Assembly: GCF_000284115.1 (NCBI RefSeq)
Contig: NC_017080.1
Coordinates: 1 to 32,000, forward strand
Direction: 5' to 3'
Source: Phycisphaera mikurensis NBRC 102666
GTDB taxonomy: Bacteria > Planctomycetota > Phycisphaerae > Phycisphaerales > Phycisphaeraceae
DNA: 32,000 nt
The notes under the pieces were generated by a model. It did no database searches, was not told the origin of the DNA, and saw only the letters and a program-made list of their open reading frames with translations. Position numbers and translations under genes: made by a program. Below are positions 26,809 through 32,000 of this stretch, one piece after another. Every line of letters starts with the position of its first letter. The first letter of the stretch is position 1.

Positions 26809-29478
26809 ATGATCTCCCTCTTACGCCGCTGCCTTTGGTCCCGATCCGCTCCCGAGCCGGTCCGCTTCGGGGCCCTTGAACCGCTCGAACCGCGGGTGCT
26901 GCTCTCCGCAACGCCGCTGCAGTGGGAGCCGCTGGACGAGCCGGGCGCCGGCGGCCGCATGGACGCGATCCACGTGAGCCCGCACGACGCCCGGCGCGTG
27001 CTGCTCGGCGGCGACATGCTCGGGATCGGCCGGAGCACCGACGGTGGTGACGCCTGGATGCCGACCTCGGGGCTGCTCTCCTGGGAGGTCGGCGACTTCA
27101 CCTCCCACCCCGACCGCCCGAACGAGGTCTGGGCCGGGACGCTCAGCGGTCCGCACCGCAGCATCGACGGCGGGCAGACGTGGGAGCCGCGGCGAGCGGG
27201 CATGCCCGCCCCGCGCTTCGGCGAGTTCACCGCGCCCGTCGAAACGATTCTCTACGACCTGGGCAGCACCGCCCGCTCGAGGCTGCTGGCCTTCACCGGG
27301 GACCACCGCGACTTCTCGGGCAACACGACGAACCAGGGCCGGGTGTACCTGAGCCGCAACGGCGGCGAAAGCTGGACGCTGGCCAGCACCGTCGTCGACG
27401 GCGGCAACATCGTCGACGCCGCCTACGCCGGCGGGAGCCACGAGTACCTGTGGACGGCGGTGCGGGACCACGGGATCTACCTCAGCAGCAACGACGGCAA
27501 AGCCGGCACGTGGACCCGTCGCAGCAGCGGCCTGCCGACGCTGGGCAGCGGCGTCCACCTCTCCGGCGTCGTTGCCCACCCCGACCGCCTCGGCACCGCC
27601 TTCGCCACGGTCGCCGTGGATCAAGGGGACCAGCGCCTGCGAACCGATCCGGCCCGCGCAGACGCCGGCGGCGTCTACCGCACCACCGACCGTGGCCGGA
27701 GCTGGCAGAAGGTCGAGGGCGGCGGCTCGTCGTCCTACTGGCCGAGCAGCTTCCAGCACCTGGACATCGGCCGCGACGGCGCGACGCTCTACGCCGTGAA
27801 CGACTCCTGGTCCTCGCCCCGCGGCGTTTACAAGAGCGCCGACGGCGGGAGCGGCTGGCAGCACGTGCTCTCGGCGGCAAACGCCAGCGGCCGGATGAGC
27901 GAGGCGACGCCCTTCGGCCCCGGCGACACGGTCGATCAGTGGTGGGTGGAGATCGACCCCAACGACGACGACCGCGTCTACACCGCCGGGACCCATTCGG
28001 CGCTGCGGTCCACCGATGGCGGCGCGACCTGGGACGACGTCACCTCCGACAGCGCCGGCGGCGGGCTCTTCCGCGGCACCGGCTACGGCGGCTGGGTCGC
28101 CACCAACGCCCAGTGGAACCCGTACCGGCCAAGCGTGTTGGTGGCTCAGGGGCTGGACTCCGGCCACGCGATGATCGCCGATGGAGACGGCTCGGCCTGG
28201 CGGGTCCGCCAGAGCGGCCTGCCCAGCTACGGCGGCGGCCAGGACGTCGCCTTCGGCGGCGACGGGCAGACGCTCTTCGTGGGGTTGGGCCAGCAGGGCT
28301 TCTCCGAGCGGCAGGTCGCCCGGAGCCTCGATGGCGGTGTGAGCTGGTCGGACCTCTCGGTGCCCGCCGCCGTGGAGAACGCCATGGTCGGGTCCATCCA
28401 CGCCGACCCCAGCGACGGCAACGCCGTCTGGGCGGTGATGGGCGGCTCGCTCTACCGCTCCGACAACGCGCTGGCCGACCCCGCTTCCGTCGCTTGGACG
28501 CGGCTCGACCGCTTCAACGGCGAGACCGTCCGCGACATCGAGGCGGCGCCCAACACGGGCGACGACTTCTTCGTCGCCACCGACGGCGGCGTCTGGAAGA
28601 CGACCAACGGGCGGGACTTCGCTGCGCTCGGCGGACCCGCCGGCGGCGAGGCCTCGGCCCTGGCGGTCGACCCGACGGATCCCGCCGTCGTGTGGGCCGC
28701 GGTCAACAACAGCTTCTGGGGCGACTTCGGCGTGTGGCGGCTGGACAGCGGGAGCGGGGGCGGGTGGCAGCGGATGTTCACCGGAGACCGCGGAGCCGCC
28801 GCCTGGGTGCGCGATCTCGCGGTGGACCCCTCCGATCCGCAGCGTGTCGCGCTGGTCACGAACCAGAACCCCTTCAGCGGGGTGTCGCTGGCGACCGGCG
28901 TGTGGCTGACCGAGGACGGCGGCCAGAGCTGGTCGCAGCAGAACGAAGGCTTGCGGGTGCTCCGCGGCAGCACGATCAACTTCAGCCCCGCGGGCGACCG
29001 GATCGCCGTGGGCCTCAACGGCGGCGGCTTCGCCACCGCGTCGCTGCCTCCCGCGACGCCGCAGAGCTTCATCGGTCGGTCGATCCGCATCCAGGCCCTC
29101 AACGACGGCGAGTACGTGACCCGCACCGGGGGCGGAGCGGGGCCGTTGCAGTCGACCGCGGCGAGCGCCGGCGACGCCGAGGTCTTCGAAGTCGTCGACG
29201 CCGGCGACGGCTTCGTGGCCCTGCGGGCCTCCAACGGGAAGTACGTCGCCGCGGACCTGAGCAACGGCCGCAACGGCACCCTCTACGCCGATCGCACGAG
29301 CGTCCGGGGCTGGGAGAAGTTCGAGCTGGTCCCCTCGGGCCCGGGCCGCTTCGGCCTGCTCGCCAACGCGAACAACCGCCTCGTCGCTTCGGAGAGCGAC
29401 GGGAACCAGCCCCTGAAGGCGCGGACGGACCCGGGCAGCTTGGGGGCGTGGGAAGCCTTCACGCTCGAGATCGTGTGA
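26809..29478 (+). CDS. LEPR-motif surface protein with BNR/GH74-like propeller and C-terminal fascin-like (beta-trefoil) domain
   Basis: N-terminal FGALEPLEPRVLLSATPLQW; Asp-box-like repeats (STDGGDAWMP, SIDGGQTWEP, TTDRGRSWQK, STDGGATWDD, TEDGGQSWSQ); C-terminal GRSIRIQALNDGEYVTR...FVALRASNGKYVAAD...FGLLANANNRLVASE. Confidence 0.87.
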   Translation: MISLLRRCLWSRSAPEPVRFGALEPLEPRVLLSATPLQWEPLDEPGAGGRMDAIHVSPHDARRVLLGGDMLGIGRSTDGGDAWMPTSGLLSWEVGDFTSHPDRPNEVWAGTLSGPHRSIDGGQTWEPRRAGMPAPRFGEFTAPVETILYDLGSTARSRLLAFTGDHRDFSGNTTNQGRVYLSRNGGESWTLASTVVDGGNIVDAAYAGGSHEYLWTAVRDHGIYLSSNDGKAGTWTRRSSGLPTLGSGVHLSGVVAHPDRLGTAFATVAVDQGDQRLRTDPARADAGGVYRTTDRGRSWQKVEGGGSSSYWPSSFQHLDIGRDGATLYAVNDSWSSPRGVYKSADGGSGWQHVLSAANASGRMSEATPFGPGDTVDQWWVEIDPNDDDRVYTAGTHSALRSTDGGATWDDVTSDSAGGGLFRGTGYGGWVATNAQWNPYRPSVLVAQGLDSGHAMIADGDGSAWRVRQSGLPSYGGGQDVAFGGDGQTLFVGLGQQGFSERQVARSLDGGVSWSDLSVPAAVENAMVGSIHADPSDGNAVWAVMGGSLYRSDNALADPASVAWTRLDRFNGETVRDIEAAPNTGDDFFVATDGGVWKTTNGRDFAALGGPAGGEASALAVDPTDPAVVWAAVNNSFWGDFGVWRLDSGSGGGWQRMFTGDRGAAAWVRDLAVDPSDPQRVALVTNQNPFSGVSLATGVWLTEDGGQSWSQQNEGLRVLRGSTINFSPAGDRIAVGLNGGGFATASLPPATPQSFIGRSIRIQALNDGEYVTRTGGGAGPLQSTAASAGDAEVFEVVDAGDGFVALRASNGKYVAADLSNGRNGTLYADRTSVRGWEKFELVPSGPGRFGLLANANNRLVASESDGNQPLKARTDPGSLGAWEAFTLEIV

Positions 29479-29586
29479 GCCGCGGCCCTTGGCGGGGCAG
29501 GGTGGCCCCCGCATCCGACGGCAAGCGTCGCCCACCGCTCCCGCGTGCTGCTCTTCGGGCTCCTGCCGCTGCCCACCGCCTGGCCG

Positions 29587-29673
29587 GCGCACCGCGCGCC
29601 ATCTCTTGGTGGGTCAGCGTCAGCGGGGCGACGCCCCGCCCCGGGGGGCGGTCCGGGATGGCGCGCGGTGCGC
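29587..29673. repeat. Nested inverted-repeat structure between convergent genes (terminator or MITE/REP-like)
   Basis: GCGCACCGCGCGCCATC (29587-29603) is the exact reverse complement of GATGGCGCGCGGTGCGC (29657-29673); inside is a second hairpin GCGGGGC-GAC-GCCCCGC (29623-29639). Confidence 0.7.
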
Positions 29674-30011
29674 TAGGCGGCCCGCTTGTGGCGTGGGACC
29701 TTCGTGAGGAACGGCTTGTCGCCGGTGAGGTCGGCGATGCGGCGCTCCAGGTCTCTCTTTTCCTTCTGCAGCGCGACTTTGCTCACGAGGTCGAGGAGAC
29801 CGCCGTCGAGCTGCTTGGCGACGGCCCGGAGCTGCTTCTTCAGCTCGGCGACCCGCGGATCGGCCGTCGGCTTCTGCCGCTTGGCGGTGGCGGCGGCCTT
29901 GCTCTTGGCCTTCGCCTTGGGGGCGCCCGCCGGCTTGCGCCCCGGCTTGGGCGGCGCCTCCTGCTTCGCGGCGCTGGCGGACTTCTTCTTGTTCGGGCGG
30001 GCGGAGGCCAT
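29673..30011 (-). CDS. Small basic Lys/Ala/Pro-rich protein (histone-H1-like tail plus possible coiled coil)
   Basis: MASARPNKKKSASAAKQEAPPKPGRKPAGAPKAKAKSKAAATAKRQKPTADPRVAELKKQLRAVAKQLDGG...KEKRDLERRIADLTGDKPFLTKVPRHKRAA. No known family recognised. Confidence 0.7.
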   Translation of the reverse strand: MASARPNKKKSASAAKQEAPPKPGRKPAGAPKAKAKSKAAATAKRQKPTADPRVAELKKQLRAVAKQLDGGLLDLVSKVALQKEKRDLERRIADLTGDKPFLTKVPRHKRAA

Positions 30012-30454
30012 GGGAAGCTTTCTCTTGGGGTGCGGACAGTCACGCGCCAGCGGGGCGAGCAGGCTCCTCATCGGAAGGAGGACGGGGCGGCTTCAGGGGT
30101 CGAGCAGAGGAGCGGGGCGTCGCACGCCACCGCCCCTCTGCATCTGCACCCGTCGTGTTGTGCGCGTCGGGCAACTCTCGGTGCTGGGCGGACGCTCGCG
30201 TTCCCTCCGGTCTTAGTCCCGCACGTCAATCCCGACCCCAGTGATGGACACGCTGATGAATGCAGAAACAGCCTGTGCGCCCTGCCGAGCGTGGCGGGCC
30301 GCTTCAGCTGGGCTGCCCGCCTCCGCTTCTGGATCCACGGGGTGGATGAGCCACCTGTGCAGCCAACGGGCCGGGTGCAGCCCCTCCCGCGCAGCGTTGC
30401 GCTGCCGCGTGATGCTCTTGTGCTCCTGCTCCTTCGCTCCCCGATCCAGATCCT

Positions 30455-31507
30455 TCAGCTGCTGTAGGTCGCGGCCTTCACGGCCTCGACGATCTTCTGG
30501 GCGTTGGGGAGCATCTCCTGCTCCATCGCGCGGTTGTACGGCGCGGGGATGTCGTCGTTGTGGACGCGCTTCACGCTGTTGTCCAGGTCGTCGAAGCAGT
30601 GCTCGTGGATCTGGGCGGCGACCTCGGCGCCGACGCTGGCGAAGGGCCAGCTCTGGTCGACGACGACGGCGTAGTTGGTCTTCTTCACGCTCCGGACGAT
30701 CGTGTCGGTGTCCAGCGGGCGGTAGGTGCGGACGTTGATGACCTCGACGTCCAGGCCCTCCTTCTCCAGCGCCTCGGCGGCTTCGAGCGCGAAGTGGACC
30801 GGCCGGCCGGCGGCGACGATGGTGCAGTCGGTGCCCTCCTTGATGACCTCGGCCTGGCCGAGCGGGATGACGAAGTCGTCGTCGTCCTCGGGCGGAGCCC
30901 AGAGGCCGTCGTGCAGGTAGCGGGAGAAGTCCTTGTCGCCGCGGGCCCCCATGCCCAGCATCCGCTCGGACTCCAGGTTGAAGAAGGGATCGGGGTCCTG
31001 CAGGCCGGCCTTGAGCAGGCCTTTCGCGTCGCGGGGGGTGGCGGGCACGGCCAGCTTGAGGCCGGGCACCGAGCTGAACATGCTCTCAACCGACCAGCTG
31101 TGCGTGGAGCCCAGCTGCCCGCCGGCGCCGTTGTTGCCGCGGAAGACGATGTTGCAGCCGAACTGGCCGCCGCTCATGTAGAGCATCTTCGGCGCGTTGT
31201 TGATGATCTGGTCGGCGGAGACCAGGCAGAACGACCAGCTCATGAACTCGATGATGGGCTTGAGGCCGTACATCGCCGCCCCGATGCCCAGGCCCGAGAA
31301 ACCGGTCTCGGAGATCGGCGCGTCGACGATCCGGCGCGGGCCGAACTCGTCGAGCATGCCCTCGCTGACCTTGTACGCGCCGTTGTACTCGGCGACCTCC
31401 TCGCCCATGAGGAAGTGCCGGTCGTCCTTGCGCATCTCCTCCTCCATGGCTTCGCGGAGGGCGTGGCGGTACTGGATCTTGCGGTCGGTTCTCGTGTCGG
31501 CGGCCAT
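30455..31507 (-). CDS. pdhB: Pyruvate dehydrogenase E1 component, beta subunit
   Basis: REAMEEEMRKDDRHFLMGEEVAEYNGAYKVSEGMLDEFGPRRIVDAPISETGFSGLGIGAAMYGLKPIIEFMSWSF; VVDQSWPFASVGAEVAAQI. Confidence 0.95.
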   Translation of the reverse strand: MAADTRTDRKIQYRHALREAMEEEMRKDDRHFLMGEEVAEYNGAYKVSEGMLDEFGPRRIVDAPISETGFSGLGIGAAMYGLKPIIEFMSWSFCLVSADQIINNAPKMLYMSGGQFGCNIVFRGNNGAGGQLGSTHSWSVESMFSSVPGLKLAVPATPRDAKGLLKAGLQDPDPFFNLESERMLGMGARGDKDFSRYLHDGLWAPPEDDDDFVIPLGQAEVIKEGTDCTIVAAGRPVHFALEAAEALEKEGLDVEVINVRTYRPLDTDTIVRSVKKTNYAVVVDQSWPFASVGAEVAAQIHEHCFDDLDNSVKRVHNDDIPAPYNRAMEQEMLPNAQKIVEAVKAATYSS

Positions 31508-31526
31508 GGTGTTCAAAGTAGAGGAT

Positions 31527-31724
31527 TCAGCTTTCGCCCTCGGGGACGGGGATCTCCAAGGCCCTGCAGATGGAGCGGGCGGTGTTGTGTTGGATCTCCT
31601 TGTGCCGGGGGACCGCCTGCACCCGGCCGTTGAACAGGTTCACCCAGATCGTGTGGCTCCCGCCTTCAGGGTCGACGCGACAGCAGTGGCGGCGGAGGTG
31701 CTTCTCCAGCTTCCGCAGCTTCAA
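31527..31724 (-). CDS. HicA-like mRNA interferase toxin
   Basis: MKLRKLEKHLRRHCCRVDPEGGSHTIWVNLFNGRVQAVPRHKEIQHNTARSICRALEIP: HicA-like size and order, with the GSH histidine retained. Confidence 0.85.
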   Translation of the reverse strand: MKLRKLEKHLRRHCCRVDPEGGSHTIWVNLFNGRVQAVPRHKEIQHNTARSICRALEIPVPEGES

Positions 31725-31963
31725 AGGCTGAGCTTCCGACAGACGGCGCCCTCTGGGAGGCGTTTCATTGCCTGCGCCCGCCGGTACGCAAAGAGTTCAA
31801 GCAACGACTCTTCGAGGTTGGCGATGGCCGTCGCTTCGGTCGGCCCCTCCCCATTGGCCTCGTAAAACTCGGCGCAGGCGGCGTGGAACCCCGTCTCCCC
31901 CTCGTCCGGCGGCGTGATGATGTACGTGATCTCCAGATTCGCGTGCTGGGTGGTAGCGGTCAT
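31721..31963 (-). CDS. HicB-like antitoxin (short, partial RNase H-like fold, no C-terminal DNA-binding domain)
   Basis: ITYIITPPDEGETGFHAACAEFYEANGEGPTEATAIANLEESLLELFAYR; immediately upstream of hicA-like with a 4-bp overlap (ATGA). Confidence 0.75.
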   Translation of the reverse strand: MTATTQHANLEITYIITPPDEGETGFHAACAEFYEANGEGPTEATAIANLEESLLELFAYRRAQAMKRLPEGAVCRKLSL

Positions 31964-32000
31964 GACGGATTCAGAAGATTACGAGGTAGAGGAACACGGC

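Noticed and set aside
26821-29592. 923-aa minus-strand ORF
   Set aside because: Antisense shadow of the LEPR/propeller gene, with composition typical of GC-rich antisense frames.
27180-30467. 1095-aa plus-strand ORF
   Set aside because: Out-of-frame shadow of the LEPR/propeller gene; low-complexity R/G/A composition with no domain.
1-32000. CRISPR array, rRNA operon, prophage or transposase
   Set aside because: No regularly spaced direct repeats, rRNA-like segments, or integrase/transposase motifs were seen in any frame.

Overview
High-GC (~70%) bacterial chromosome segment. The gene content (LEPR-type surface protein, PEP-CTERM proteins, prepilin-like proteins, futalosine-type UbiA/UbiX pair) suggests a planctomycete of the Phycisphaerae type; this assignment is inference. 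Supported content, left to right: dnaA; a putative ABC exporter pair (LolD/MacB-type ATPase plus a very large permease with a degenerate M28-peptidase-like ectodomain); tRNA-Gly(GCC); an eight-gene minus-strand glycan/deoxysugar locus (methyltransferase, three tandem divergent CgeB-like glycosyltransferases, a GT4-like glycosyltransferase, an MDR dehydrogenase, a CDP-paratose 2-epimerase-like protein and a UDP-glucose/dTDP-rhamnose 4-epimerase-like protein); ubiA-like and ubiX genes; a PEP-CTERM protein; dgt; a GntR-LacI hybrid regulator upstream of a prepilin-like protein, a PEP-CTERM protein and two BNR/GH74-like propeller proteins (one with a LEPRVLLSA motif and a fascin-like tail); a basic histone-H1-like small protein; pdhB; and a compact hicB/hicA-like toxin-antitoxin pair. 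The most notable observations are (1) a 46-bp palindromic element (CCGCGGACCG-N26-CGGTCCGCGG) with exactly conserved spacing in four separate intergenic regions, (2) the pseudo-peptidase/ABC permease fusion, (3) the tightly coupled glycan operon with three divergent tandem CgeB-like paralogs, and (4) a nested 17-bp perfect inverted repeat between convergent genes. No CRISPR array, rRNA or convincing transposase was found. All coordinates were read by hand, and non-ATG starts are inferred.
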